From the NCBI GenBank assembly GCA_028534125.1, contig CM052817.1, positions 101,310,001 through 101,374,000 of the forward strand: a stretch of DNA of 64,000 nucleotides. Reading direction: 5' to 3'. A program made the translations under genes and the position numbers. This stretch comes from Lama glama (Eukaryota). The notes below the pieces were generated by a model. The model was not told where the DNA came from. It searched no databases and saw only the letters and a program-made list of their open reading frames with translations. Below are positions 37,101 through 52,100 of this stretch, piece after piece (within the stretch, counting starts at the first letter, position 1; each line of letters starts with the position of its first letter).

Positions 37101-40100
37101 ATAAGAGGGGGAATGAGGAGGTTTAGATGAAGGGAAAGACCATGAGAAACTGTGTAGTTCTAGGAACTGTAAATGATTCCATTACCTGGAGTGTTCAATG
37201 AAGTCAGATAGCAGAGAAAAGATTCTGTTTCCTTGATAAGGAGCAGAGACTTCATTCTCTACACCTGCGTTTCCCATAAACCATTTGAATTCCCTGGGGT
37301 GCTTGATAAAAAAAAAAAAAAGAAAATTCCTGGATTCCAGGTTACCTTTACAGAATCAGAATCTGGGGGAGGGACCGGGAATCTACGTTCTGCAAACTCC
37401 ATGAGCTGATGCCCACGGAGGTGTGAGAACCGTCGCGGGCTGGATGATGGGGCGGCACTGAACGGTGTGAAGTGTTGTGGTGACTTACTAAGATCCTGAT
37501 CTGCAGAGAGCCTGGGGCGTTGTAGGGAATGTGTTGACCGTGTTTCCGGGGAAGCAGGGAGCCGCTTCTTACTGCAGTAGTCCACATGAGCTCTTACAAG
37601 CACCAGAACTGAGAGGGATGCTACGGCAGGAGAGAGGAAAGGGCAGGTTATCACACGCCTAGGAGGGAGAGGGCAGGACTTGATGACAGAATGGAACTTC
37701 CATCTGTTTGACTTGAATGGTGGAGGGATGTGAGGTAGAGGAGTGAGTGGTTAAGGCTGAAGACTTGGATGTAGACCACCCTGGGTTCCGGCCCCAACAC
37801 TGCCACCTTGCTATCTGTGCAATCTGGGGCGAGTTAACTTAATTTCCAGTCATCCCTCCTCCCACCCTCTGCCTCTGGAAATCACAGTCTGATGATCTTT
37901 TTTTCCATGTTTTTTTTTTGTTTGTTTAAGATTCCACATGTAAATGAGGTCATACAGTATTTGTCTTTTTCTGTCTGACTTATTTCACTTAGCATAATTC
38001 GTTCAGGATCCATTCATGTTGTCACAAATGGTAGGATTTCATCCCTTTTATGACTGGGTAATCCTGCGCACACGGGCGCGCGCACACACACACACATCAC
38101 AACTTCTTTATCCTTTCACTCATCTATGGGCACTTACTTTGTTTCATGTCTTGGCTGAAGTAAATAGGGCTACTCTGAACATGGGGCTGCAAGCATCTTT
38201 TCAAGTTACTGTTTTTTGTTTCCTGCAGAAAAATACCCAGAAGTGGAATAGCTCAATCATATGGTAGCTCTATTTTTAATTTTCAAAGATCCTTTATCCT
38301 ATTTCCATAGTGGTGGTACCAGTTTACCATCCCACCAACAGTGCACAGGGACCAACCGTCCATATCCAAGCCAGCATTTTTTATCTCTGGTCCTTTTGAT
38401 GACAGCCATTCTAACAGGCATGAGGTGGTATCTCGTGGTTTTAATTTGCCTTTCCCTAATGACTAGTGATGTTGAGCATCTTTCCATGTGGCCTTTTGTG
38501 TTGTCTGTTTGTCTTGTCTGTTTGAGTCCTTTTCCCATTTTTCAGTTGGGTAATTTGGTTTTTTGCTATTGAATTGTATGAGATCATTATGTATTTTGGA
38601 TATTAACTCCTTATCGTATATATGATTTGCAAGTATTTCTTCCCATTCTGTAGATTGTCTTTTCGCATTGTTGATGGTTTTGTTTACTGACAGAAGTTTT
38701 TAGTTTGACATAGCCCCACTTGTTTATTTTTTGTTTTCCTCGCTTGTTCTTTAGGTGTTATATTAAACCAATCATTACCAAGACTCATGTGAGGGAGCTT
38801 TATTTCTGTATTTTTTTCTAGTAAGAAATAAGACCTGGTGTCAAGTCTTATACTTAAGTCTTTAATCCATTTCAAGTTAATTTTTGTCAGTGTGGGAAGA
38901 CAGGGATCATTCCATTCTTTTACGTGAATATTCAATTATCCCAGCACCCTTTGTTGAAGAAGCTGTCTTTTCTCCCTTTGAGTGTTCTTGGCTCTGTTGT
39001 CAAAATATTAGTTGACTACATATATTTGGATTTATTTCTAGGCTCTTGGTTCCGTTCCATTGGTCTATTTGTTTGTTTTTATTGCCAGTACCATACTGTT
39101 TTGATTACTGTAGCTTTATAGTATAGCCTGAAATCAGGACATGTGATGCCCCCTGCTTTGGTCTTCTTTCTCAGGATTTCTTTGGCTATTCAGGATCTTT
39201 GGTGGTTCCGTCTAAATTTTAGGACTGTTTTTCCAACTTCTGTAAAAAATGCCATTGAAATCTTGATAGGGATTGCATTGAGTCTATAGATGGCTTTGGT
39301 AGTATTGACACTTTAACAATATTCATTCTTCCAATCCATGAACATGGAAAACCTTTCCATTTATTGGTGTCTTTTCAATTTTTTTTAAATCAGTGTCTTG
39401 TAGTTTTCAGAGCAGAGATCTTTCAACTCCTTGGTTAAATTTATTCTTTTTTTTTCCAGTTTTATTGTGTAGAATTATTACAGTTCGACTGCACATGCAC
39501 ATTATATTGCATGTAAATACATATAAACAGTATACTACACATGTTTTTAGTTTTCGTATATGTACTAATCATTATTTCTAAGAACAGATTAGATCTTTAG
39601 CTTTTTAAACTTACATAATTACCAACTACACAATTTATTCTTAAGTATTTTATTGTTTTTAATGCTATTATAAATGAGATCAATTTCTTTATTTTTCAGA
39701 AAATTCATTGTTAGTGTACAGAAACACTACTTTTTTTTGTATGTTAATTTTGTACCTGCAGCTTCACTGAATTCCTTGAAATCAGCCATGATGGGAGCAT
39801 TTGCCCAACAGAAATGGGCAAATGCTACAAATCAGAGCTCTTCCTCCAGCCCTGCAGCCCTGCAGCCCTGCCCCTCAAGAGCCAAATTCTCAGGACAACA
39901 TATAATTATCCTTAGCTTTGGAGGAATGGAGGCTCAGGAGAGCTGGGGTAGTAATCCAGGGCACCTGGGAGTCTAAAACCCCTGCATTTTCAGCTGCATA
40001 ACAATCTCTCTTCATCTAAAATGTCTTTTAATTACTATGGTTTCCCGAAGTTGAGCTATTTGGTATCTCCCTTACCTGAAGACTTAACAATATGCCCACT

Positions 40101-43100
40101 GTGAATGAGTTCTTCTCTTACTCTAATATCATATTGGCAAAACAATCCTGAATGGGTTTATGGAAGCAGCTTAGAGCGTCTGTTGACGAGTCCTTGAAGC
40201 AGGGGATTATTTTTCCTTGCACTGTCAGAGTTTGCTGACGAGAAGCCATGAGCTGATTTTGTCAGCTACTGAAGAAAACCACTGAACAAATAGGAAGCCT
40301 GAGGATGTGGGAGGGAGTGAAAGAATTACAGTTGAATTGTTTCCGATTCTGTAATTCATACACCATACCTGAATGAGTCCTTGGAATGATGTATTCAATG
40401 AACCATTCATTTGTACTCTAGAGTAGGGTTCTGTCTCATGATGAAGGATGGATGCGTAAAATCACTTAATGTGAGTTCAGTGGCTTTCCAGGAAGATGTG
40501 ATATGATTTTATGCCCCTCTCCCCACCTCACTTCTGCAAATCACCACCCTTCCTCCCTAAATCTCTGAGGAAGGAGATCATGATAATTTGGCGTCTGAGG
40601 TCATCATAAAGGAACGCTATCCCTACTCCTTGAGAATCTCATCCTTGGGAACTCTCCTTGCATTTCAAGTGTAAAAAGATGCACTGTTATTTACTGTGTG
40701 CCAGGCACTGTGCTGTGTTGTAGGGTTCCACAGTAGACAGGACGGAGGTTGCCCCTGCCTTCGGGGAGCTCCCAGGATAGCGAGGGAGACAGTGAACCAG
40801 TTAAAATGGAGTTTTCTAAAAGATTTTACAGAGAAAGCATGATCCACGTGAACCCAAGGGTAATTATCCTCACTTCAAAAACCTGGCATTCTAAAGTCCA
40901 ATTAGAGAGAAGCAGTGTGTGTATTAAAAATATATATTATGTAAAGTGTCAGGAGACCCACATTTTATCCTTTGCTCTGTCTCTTTACTACCTTCATAAT
41001 GTGTTCAGCTTCAATTTCTCATCTATATAATGGAATGATAGTATTTATCCTGCTAACCCTTGGGGTTGTTATAGGGAGTGCATGAGAAAGAATGTGTCTG
41101 AAAGTGCTGTAAATATTACTGAACACTTCCTTTTCCCATGATGTAGCTGGGTTGTAATTTACTCAGTCATTAATAATTCGTTCAGGCACTCATTCATTCA
41201 GCGACTATTGTTAGGCACCTGCTTGGTTGAAGATCCTGTGTTAGACCCTGTGTTTGGCTCGATTTCATCCTCTTGTATTATCCCGTTCTAGTATCTAGAT
41301 TTATTTAGCATTAATTTTCTTACTAAGTTGGATTGGAGGGAAGGAAATTTGCAGTTACTGATCTCCTATTTCAGTCCAGGGACTTATTACCTTGCTTCCG
41401 TAATCTTCCTGAAGGTGTGGGCGGGAGCACAGATGACAAGCTGATAAACATTCATTTTGTGCTGTTTCATAGGCTAGTTTAAAATCTGGGGAAAACAAGT
41501 ATAATTATCTCATGGAATTGTTGCCAAATTGTTTATAACTACTTTAAAAGCTCACATTAGTCATTTTAATAGCCAAAATGTCACCATCAAATGAAATCTT
41601 TTACATCAAAGTAGACAGGAAGAAATTTGATAATTACTATATATGTTTTATGTGACATTCATATTTGTTATGGAAAAAAGTAGTTTTCATTATGTATTTA
41701 GAATACTTTGCGGAGGGCGGAGAACTTTTCTATAGATAAATAGAATTTACTAAAAATCTTGAAGAGTAAAGCATGATCCCAAATTATTTGGCTTCTGGAA
41801 TTTCAGTTTATTTTATTTTGGTCCCAAGACACCTTATAAATACCTTGACTTTGGGCATTTCAGCATACTGATATGCCAGAGTTCTGCATCATTACTCAAC
41901 ATTAAGAATGGCTATTAAAAAGAGTCAGTATGAGTTGTCCCTCAAAAGTACGCTGGTGAATTTCCTTTCATCCTCAGGAGTAACACCGCGTTCCTGCTAT
42001 GCTTAACACAAATAGAGTTTTGGTTTTTTTAATGATCATTAATAACTCTGACAAGACCAAAGATGCTCATCAGAATCAAAAGATGTTACCAGTAATGCCA
42101 AGCCCCAGCTGTTTGGCCACTGAGCCCTGTGGCTTAAAGAGAAAGATTTTTAAAAACAAATACAAAATTTCAATGGCCATGCCTGTTCCACCTAGCGCCT
42201 TTAAAAGTATATAAGCAACCAGGGACTAACAGACGTGCCTCCAACCCTGAGATTTTATTTACATGGGAAGCAGCAGACTCAAGCGCTAGGTAACTTGAGA
42301 CCAGGAGTAAGAGCCGGGCCAGCCCATCACCCTGGAGCTTGGTGGTGGCTGGAGAACCCGCCCCAGCTGCGTGGTCTTCCACAGCGCAGGTGCATTGTAT
42401 TGGCAGACACTGAGCCTCTCACATTCCTGTCAAATTAGGCATAGAGTCTTCCTTCTCATTCTGAGTGGTACTGACACGCAGTTCAACTAAATGTCTTCCC
42501 AAGTTTTAAAATCATACCCCCGAATACAATTCTTTCCCGTTTCTACTCCCCTTTTTCTCTTACTCCCCTCCCCAATTTCAGTATTTCTTTCTCCTGCCTG
42601 TGGTGCACTTCCAGTTTTACATAACCAGGTCTAGAACAGCCTGGGTTTCTTCATAGCCACTTCTTTTTTGTGTGTTTCATCCTCTCTGGCAGGACTCTAG
42701 CTTTGTTTTTTTTTTTTTTAGTATGTTTCTTTATATGGTCCTCAGTTTCTTTTTTTTTTTTTGAAGAGTTGTTTCTCTTAAAATTTTTTAAAATTTATTA
42801 TTATTGTATTAAATTATTTAGGGGGGAAGGTAACTAGGTGTATTTATTTTTAGAGGAAGTGCTGGGGATTGAACCCCGAACCTTAAGCATGCTAAGCATG
42901 TGCTCTACCACTTAAGCTACACCCCCACTGCTGGTCCTCAGTTTCTAACCTTGCTAGTAACTTCTGTGCTTCTGTTTATTAAAGCTTCTGATAACTTAAG
43001 TTTTTATTTTTGAGAGACTCTGGCCTCGCCTCCAGTATCTTTTAAAAAAGTTTTTATAAACTGAGCACTTCAGAAGAATTGTTTCTTTTCTTGGAACTTC

Positions 43101-46100
43101 AGTTTTGCTGTACTTAGTGACCAGCTGTTACTCAGACATCAGAAGGAATAGCCAAAAAAAGTTAATACCACGCCAACGCGTACCTCCTTCAAAGGTCAAC
43201 CACCCCTTTCCCTGACTCCCACCTACAGATGCCAACACACCATTTTTAGAGCATTAGCTGATCCTACAGACTTGTGTATTTTAGGGAGTCTGTGTAGATC
43301 AATAGGAAGATCATCGCCTCTGATACATCTGAAATGAAATAGAACCGTTTGTCCCACAACGTGGAGGATGTCCTTTTGAGGATCTGGATATCAGATTTTT
43401 CTTTCCCATTAGTAAGAGATAGAGGTGGCGAGTCTTACTTGTTAGAGCCCAGGATTTCAATAAAACAACTACGGTCTGGTGAGAACCAGGTAATCTAAGA
43501 TGGTTCGCCCAGCAGTTCTGTTCTTGATTTTACTCTTGAGTTTCATTCCATCGCAGTTTTACTCTGTAAACGCAGAAACCAGCTTCAGAAGAGTCTGACT
43601 GTTCCTGATCAGAGCCCAGGCACGCGTCTGACGTTAGCCCTCGTCAGCATGTCTTTGTCTGCTTTTTCCTTCAGGTGCTGCACTGATGCCTAAAAACAAA
43701 TATCAAGTTGCTCTTTTGAACATAAATGAATTTATAAAACTGAAGCATAGCGTTCTCTAACTATGAAAATGTGACCCTCCTCCCTGGTCATTTCTGAGCA
43801 AAGTTCCTTCTGTTTCCATCCGTTAATATTTAAATGATCCTATTAAAATAAATTATAAACACTTCTTCAGGAACAAAAATAAGCATCTGTTAACCTTGGC
43901 TTTTTTTTTTTTTCCTGCCTCATCTCTTCCATAAAAATAGCCAGTAAGGATGAGGCTGTTACTTGGATTAACTAATTTTCTTTTGCCTTTCTTATTTATT
44001 TAATCTAGAAAGCACTGTCAGGGTATCTTTTACAGGAAAGATAAACAGCTTATGGGATGCTGAGTCTCTGAAAATAATACATAAATAAATCCAGTACATG
44101 GAAATCAGCCTGCTAGCTTTATGACATCTGTGACCTTACAAGGCTTATTGAAAGTGCTAACAGTCAAGCGTCCAGGTTTCTAAGAGCTGCTGAATGAGAG
44201 GGTGGGATTTTGGCAAAACTCTAAAATAAGGCCCTCTCTTATTACATATCCCCGATTGTAATATTAGGCTTTATAATTGTGTCCTTGTGGAATCTAAATA
44301 TGTGTTTAGTTATGTTAATACGTAGCTACAATTTAATAAGAGGAGATTAGTATTTGCCCCAAAAAACATGATCTTTCAAAGACTTTTGTTGGTCTGGAAG
44401 AGAAGTTCAGTAGAATATGGATTAGGTCATGGTTGGAGGGAGGAGGTCTTTTTTTTAAGTGTAATTTAAAAAACATTGCATCCTCAGGTTACCGTTAGAA
44501 GGCTGAATAATTCTGTTGCGGAAACTGAGAAGTCGAATTCTCTCTTGCTTAATTTACTGTGGTTTTACAATCTATTTTTAGGCACTAAAGGAAGAAATAA
44601 AGGAGAATTTACAAATCTTCAAGGGGTAGCCGCATCTACGAGTGGAAAGATATTAATTGCAGACAGTAACAACCAGTGTGTGCAGGTATGGCCCTTAATG
44701 ATGTACCTTTAACCACTTACATGGATACGACAGATGCAGTTGCCTATTTCCCCACTTAAGATACGGGAAAGAAAGGGAGGCTTATAATGTATGTGTGGGC
44801 TTTTCTTTGAGTAGAGTTTGCATGTTCTGACCTGCGGTACTTACGACAAGTGTTCTTGCCTGTTTGTTTCTCACTGATTTCTGTGCTAATTCATATTCCA
44901 ATGAATGTCATTTGTTTTACAGATATTTTCCAATGATGGACAGTTCAAAAGTCGTTTTGGCATCCGAGGACGCTCTCCCGGGCAGCTGCAGCGGCCCACA
45001 GGAGTCGCTGTGCATCCCAGTGGGGACATAATCATTGCGGATTATGATAATAAATGGGTTAGCATCTTCTCTTCAGATGGGAAGTTTAAGGTAAGTTTAA
45101 GTTCAGTGCCACCTGGCCACTGAACAGGAGAAGGAAGGAGTAGGAAATACAAGACGAAATTGTCTTTTTTCTTTGGCTCTCTCAGACTCAATAATATATT
45201 CAACAATTTTTTGTACATAAAGATGTCATGACTTTGTTGCATCTGAGTTTAATGAAGCAAGGGTAATAATGCTATTGCCATTAATCTACTCATGTATGTC
45301 CTAAATGAGGCTTCACTTTATAAAGCAATTAGGCTGCTCAGTTGCTTTTTTAAAATTGTTAAACAATTTTTGTGGTATAATTTCTGTACAGTAAACTACG
45401 CATATCTCAGACACATAATTTGATGAATTTTGACACATGTATACACCTATGAAACCACCACCACAATCAAGGTAGCTCACATTTCCATCACCTGGCAGGT
45501 CAGTCGCTTTTTTTAATACCTTCAGATTTACCTCAATTCAATGAGAAACAACCTTTAGAAAAGGATTATTAAAAGGCAAATTGTATTTCCCCAGTTCACC
45601 TACAGGTTGTCATTTATGAAATGACTTCTGCTTTCTCAGGCCTGTGGTAGATGATGTGGGAGAAACAGAATTGTAAGCCCTGGTTCCTACCTTTTAAAAA
45701 TGGACAAGCCCTGTGAGGGAAAAAGACAAATAAATACACGAGAAATGACAGAGAACAATTCATGTCGGCCTTTAAACAGCCACAAATTGGTACAACCTAA
45801 AACCATAGTGTTATAGTACTTAATACAAGAATTGGAAAAAAAAAAAAAGAATTGGAAGGGAAAGAAAGTGGGGCCTGGCTTCCTGGAGAGAACATGACCT
45901 GAGCTGCGCTTGGAGGAATCCTGTCATGTGACGTCCTTACTGTTACTCCCAGCACCGTCTGTTCTTTCAGTAAGTCACTGACGAGGAGAGAGCCCTTGGG
46001 TGACAAGAGAAATGTCTCTTCTAAAGTGTCATCAAAGAATATTATCATCCAGCCCATTCTCTACATTTGTTGACCAGAAGATCATGAGACACATTGTCCT

Positions 46101-49100
46101 GGGTGTTTTGAAGGCCACGCGCACCATGCCGTCCATATCCCAGCCCCCCAACCCCCACCCCCCGTCCAGGCTGCTCTTAGACCTGAACTTCAACTCAGAC
46201 CGATCAGCCCACTGGAATCCCAGCTCTGCGCTGCGTTAACTGTTCTGCCTTGGGCAAATTCTAGGATGTCCTTGAGCCTTGTTAGCCTCATATTTCAAAT
46301 CTGGGTTTAAAAAATCTGTCTTACAGGATTTGGGTAAGGATTAAATGAGATTTTNNNNNNNNNNNNNNNNNNNNNNNNNNNNNNNNNNNNNNNNNNNNNN
46401 NNNNNNNNNNNNNNNNNNNNNNNNNNNNNNNNNNNNNNNNNNNNNNNNNNNNNNNNNNNNNNNNNNNNNNNNNNNNNNNNNNNNNNNNNNNNNNNNNNNN
46501 NNNNNNNNNNNNNNNNNNNNNNNNNNNNNNNNNNNNNNNNNNNNNNNNNNNNNNNNNNNNNNNNNNNNNNNNNNNNNNNNNNNNNNNNNNNNNNNNNNNN
46601 NNNNNNNNNNNNNNNNNNNNNNNNNNNNNNNNNNNNNNNNNNNNNNNNNNNNNNNNNNNNNNNNNNNNNNNNNNNNNNNNNNNNNNNNNNNNNNNNNNNN
46701 NNNNNNNNNNNNNNNNNNNNNNNNNNNNNNNNNNNNNNNNNNNNNNNNNNNNNNNNNNNNNNNNNNNNNNNNNNNNNNNNNNNNNNNNNNNNNNNNNNNN
46801 NNNNNNNNNNNNNNNNNNNNNNNNNNNNNNNNNNNNNNNNNNNNNNNNNNNNNNGTCACCCCCTCCTTGTCTAAACGTTCAGAGATGATGCTTTTCAAAA
46901 TCCATTCTGGAATCCTGGAGATTACATGACATTTGCTCGTTGTGTCTCTTTTTGGAGGAATTTGCATTCTCCTTTTTAAAGTCATTGGACCACTACCATC
47001 ACCTCATCATTTTGATTAAAATGAGTTACTGACATAATTATTACCCCTCAGATCAGAGCCTGTGTTTTGTGTGGAGCAGCATCTTTTCAATGGAGGAGGA
47101 TAAAAAGCTGTCCTTAATTCCAGCCTATTATACGTAATTCTTCAATTGTCCTTGACTTTTTTTTCGTTCCGCTAGAAATTTGATGGCTCCATCTGACGGC
47201 CATGTACGCAGAAAGTTCTGCTTTTCTGCATCTCTGACTTCCTCCCCTTCCTTTCCATTTTCATAACTGTGTTTGCAGTAAGACACGCCCAAATATGACA
47301 ACTTTAAAGTCAGTAGAATAAACACTACTCAGTGACCTCTTGAAAATACCCTTCTAGTTTGGAGACAACCCGTTTGTTCTATTTTCACACTCCAGCATGA
47401 CCTATCTTTTTAGATTCAGAAACTAATACTATAGATATTGAAGCAGGAGTCTTATATCTACTATATTGAAGTACTTTAGACCTAATAATACATTAAAGCA
47501 AACTGAAATAGAAGTTTTATATTTAAGAGAGAAAGGCTTCCTGAATTAAGCCTTTTTTCATTCAGTGGGTCAATATTCTGTATGTGATAGACTCTCTTCC
47601 TGGAAGAACTGGGTTCTGATGGTTGAGATACTGTTGGCAATAATTGGAATAAACACAAAAGAGCACTCATGCCCCCTAGAGGATTGGGGGAATAGACATG
47701 GTACAGTTTCAACATACATGCTTTTTTTGATAGGTATTGATCAAAACCCGCAGGGTAAAAGGATAGCAAGCAAAAACGTTTTTGCAGTTTAATGGGATTT
47801 CATCCAAGTGTGATGGCCATTATCATAAACAGAAGGAAAAATACCTATTTTCTCCTTCTGTGGGATTCAGTAAAATTAAACAGGTGCTCAGAAAGACAAA
47901 CCTTTAGCACAAATGTGGATTCTCTGTATTTATTCCTAATAGATCCACGGATATAATATCTTATCTCCTTTTTTTTTTTTATGCACCAGCTTCGTAGCCC
48001 CAGTTTTCATTTCTCTTTGCCTCTAATTTTTTCCTTTCCATCTTCCCTCCTAGCTTACATCTTCCAGTCCATGTAGGAACCATTTGTGACCCCAGAACAG
48101 GTGCACAGGCGCCTGACCACCATATTCTAAAACATCTCATCTCTTCTTTTTCTTCAATTTAAGGACCTATTTGTTGAATTAAATACTTTCATTTAACTTT
48201 TCCAGTCAAGTTCTAAAATATCTTTGCTTACCTTTCCGTTTAAGATGGGGGACACATTGTCAGGCCAAATGCAGTAATTCTTATTTCACTTGGTAGAATC
48301 TAGTGCAGCTAAACTGGGGGTGATGAATGGACTGGAAGGAAAAGAGGTTTTGAGTCAACATTTAAGTTTTTTCTTTAAGACGTGCACTAGCTCTCACTAC
48401 CTGATAGAATGGCGGTAATCCTTTATTTTCTGTTTCTGTGCTACATAATTATCATGCACTTAGTGTTATATGACTAAGTCATTCTAAGTAACAGCTAATA
48501 TTCATAATGTTAGGTAGTAATAATATTCTTGTGCTATTGATCAAATAATCGGTTTCCTCCCTTCCTTTTGATCTCTACTGACATATCTCCCATTCAGATA
48601 TGAAGAGAATATATATATATTTTTGCAATCTGTTACATTAGCATCTCTGATCTCTGGGCTAGATTGCAGAATCAGAATTAAATGAGCCAACAGATTCCCT
48701 TGTGAGAATGCCAATGTTTCCTTCCTAAGTAAATGTATCTCTTGATTCTAAAGAGATCAAATCTGAATCTCAGTCCTTTATAAGCTTAAAAGAATGAAAG
48801 ATCTTAAAAAGTCTGAACCTCACTGTGGGGAAGTCCCCATCCTTCTCTCCTTTCTTTCTGCACGTATCTTCCTGTCACTGTTGAGTAAGAAGATAATCCT
48901 GCAGGTCATGTCTAATATCAGGTGAACAGGGTGAGAGAAGGAGATTGTGTGTCCGCCACCCCCTGTGATTGGTGCTTTCCTTTATCCTTCAGAATCTGCA
49001 CAACCCGGGAGCTAAATAGCATAGCTGCTGGTTTATAGATGAGAAAACTGAGGTTCAGAGTGGTGAAAGAAAGAATGAATTTTGCTCTGAAATTTGACCC

Positions 49101-52100
49101 TGAGTGACTGGATGAACTTTGGTGTCATAAAAGGAATTAGGAAATCAGATGCTAGTTGGGGTTTTCTTTTCTTTCTTTCTTTTTTTTATATGATGGATAT
49201 AAAGGAGATGTGTGGTTTGACATTGGTGGAATTTACAGGTGATAACCTGTAAAACAGGCCTTGACTAGAGATACAGTTTTGAGAATTTTATACATCTAGT
49301 TGAAAGCTGATGCCGTAGCATAAGTGAGATTTTAGAAGAAATGCATAGAGTTATGCTGTCCAATATGGTAGCCACTGGCCACATGTGGATACTGAGGTCT
49401 TGAAATGGGGCTGGTCTGAATTGAGATGTGCTGTGCGTGGGAAATACACACTGGATTCCAAAGTCTTGGTCCCCCAAAAGAGTGTAAAATAGTTCATTAG
49501 TAATTTTTATATTGATTCCATGTTGAAATGGTAACTTTTGAATACATCAGGTTAAATAAGTAATTAAAATTAATTTTCCCTGCTTCTTTTCCCTTTTTTT
49601 TTTTTTGATGTGGCTACTAGAAAATTTTAAGTTACATGTGTAGCTCATGTTATGTCTCTCTTAGACAGCACTAAGAGAGGGAAAGTAAGAAGACTAAAAC
49701 AGAACCTTTGAGAATGTAATTTGGGGGGAATTTAAATTTTTAAGTTAAAAAAGGAATACCATGCAAATGGATTGTTCAAATAAGCCTGCAGACGAATATG
49801 AAATGAAAAGTAAGGGGTTTTCCTACCACCACTTTCTAAAATAGAAACATTATGTTGTTTCTCACTTTCTCTTCTGGGAGTATGTGTACATACATAAACA
49901 CATTTAATACTGGGGGGCTCAGACTGCTCACGGTTCTGCACCTTGCTTTGTTCAATGACATCTCTGAAGGTCTTTCATAGAAGCACAGAGAGATCCACTT
50001 CTTCCTGACATTTTTCAGCCTGGAGCTGGGAGGACTGTGGTCCTTACCATCCCCATCACCCACCATGTCCTCCTTCCCACTGCTCCCTTGTCTACATGAC
50101 CTGTCTCATTAGGTTATTGTTCCACTTGGCTTCTGACATGGCCTATTGAATTCTCCCAAATCCACCAAATAGAACTGTTGATACCAGGCACTTTAGAAAA
50201 GGCACAGTAGACGGTGGAACTGAGCTATCCTGGAAGGTAAACACTGTGTCCTACTCGTCCCTGTCTACCCAGTGCCACAGAGTGGGTGCTTAGTCAGTGT
50301 TTGTAAAATTAGTAAGTAAATGGGTGAATGAATGAAGTACTTCTTTATACGTACACTAGAAAATGGAGCTATAAAAGTAAAGGTATAGCACGTACATCTT
50401 GTGGCAAACAGGCATTTATATACACACTATAGTCTACTCAGAAAACTCAGTGAGATTTTAAATGCATATGGTATAGGTTTACAAGAAATCTAATGCCTTT
50501 CTCCCATTCTAAAATACTGTGAAAACTGGAACCATTTAGTCATAATGAGGGCCCTATAAAGATGCTAGCGTTTGTAAGTTAATAATACTGCACAAATGTT
50601 TGTTGAGTCCCTGTTAGGCACCAGGAAGTGTGCTAGGCTCTGAGTACACAGTGCTGGATAAAACAGATGTGATGCCCACCCGTGTGGAATTTAATTCTAG
50701 TGAAGTTCAATGGCAGGTGCCTGGCAATTTCGGTATCTGTTCTGACATAGAATAACGACAGTGACTTCTTCCCTTTAACAGCTGCTTAACATGTGCTATA
50801 CTCTGCATGTGCTTTACCTACTTTATTTTACTTAATACATATTCCAGATACACCATTAGAAGTTACTGAGATTTTTAATATATAAGAAATCTGAAGCTTA
50901 AGGAAATAAATCCATCCGTGCTGTTCTGGGTGTGTCCAGAGCAAGTGACAGGGGCAGGATGGTATTCCTACTCCTAATCCAGTCATCTTTTGTTACACCA
51001 TGTTGCCTCTTTACTGTGACCCCAGTTAAGGAGATTCTAGAACTTTTTTGGTGGTGATCTTGATAATATAAAAAATGGAGCAAGAGGATGGCCATGTGCC
51101 AGGTCCTGGTGAGTCCCTGGGACACATCCCATCAAGTGGGGGTCCTTGACTTTGCACAGGAAAGAATTCAAGAGTGAGCCACAGTTGAGTAAAAGGAGAT
51201 TTATTCAGAGAGATGCACACCCCGTAGACTGGGTATAGGCCGTCTTGGAAGGCCAAAGAGGCCATGAGGCATGGAGGTGGTTAAAACAAAAGTAGATACA
51301 CACTCCATAGACAGAGTGTGGGCCATCTGAACAGGCAAAAGAGAAGGCCACAACGTGTGGGAGTATTAGTTTTAAGAGCTCGGTCATTTCTTATGCTAAC
51401 AAGTGGGAGGATTATTCCAACTACTTTGGGGAAGGGGCTGGGATTCCCAGGAACTGAGCCACCACCCACTTTTTGACCTTTTATGGTCAGCCTCAGAACT
51501 GTCATGGCACCTGTGGGAGTGCCATTCACCATGTTAATATATTACAATGTGCGTATAATGAAGCTCAAGTTCTACTGGGAGCGAAATCTCCTGCCATCTT
51601 GGCCTCAGGGTCTACTTTGAGTTGAATCTTCCACCATCTTTATGCTAATTGCTGTGTCATTCCTTTAATGGCTGTGCCCTGCCCCCTTCCCTCCTGTCTC
51701 AAAACTTTAAAAAAGAAAACTTCATATAAATATCAGTAACAGATAATGGACGTGGCCCAGACAGTCACAGAAGAGCATCGTGACTTATGGGTGGCTGTGT
51801 GCCTTCGTGTGAACGTGCCAGTAAATGTTTGCCAAAGCAGACATCTGTCTGCATGTGCTGTAGTGCTTTCAACCTCATTTCTGTTCTTGTTTCTAACAGA
51901 CAAAAATTGGATCAGGAAAGTTGATGGGGCCCAAAGGAGTTTCCGTGGATCGCAACGGACACATCATCGTGGTGGATAACAAGGCGTGCTGCGTGTTTAT
52001 CTTCCAGCCAAACGGGAAAATAGTCACCAGGTTTGGTAGCCGAGGAAATGGGGACAGGCAGTTTGCAGGTACACTCGATGGTAATATGTAAACCCCCTTC

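Noticed and set aside
43650..43760. Acceptor-like gctttttccttcag|GTG with an upstream ctgacg...cgtcag hairpin
   Set aside because: Leads to an early stop, has no convincing paired donor, and is not needed for the complete 744-aa CDS; indistinguishable from chance without RNA data
46341..46985. ORFs of 214 and 194 aa
   Set aside because: Artefacts of the N gap
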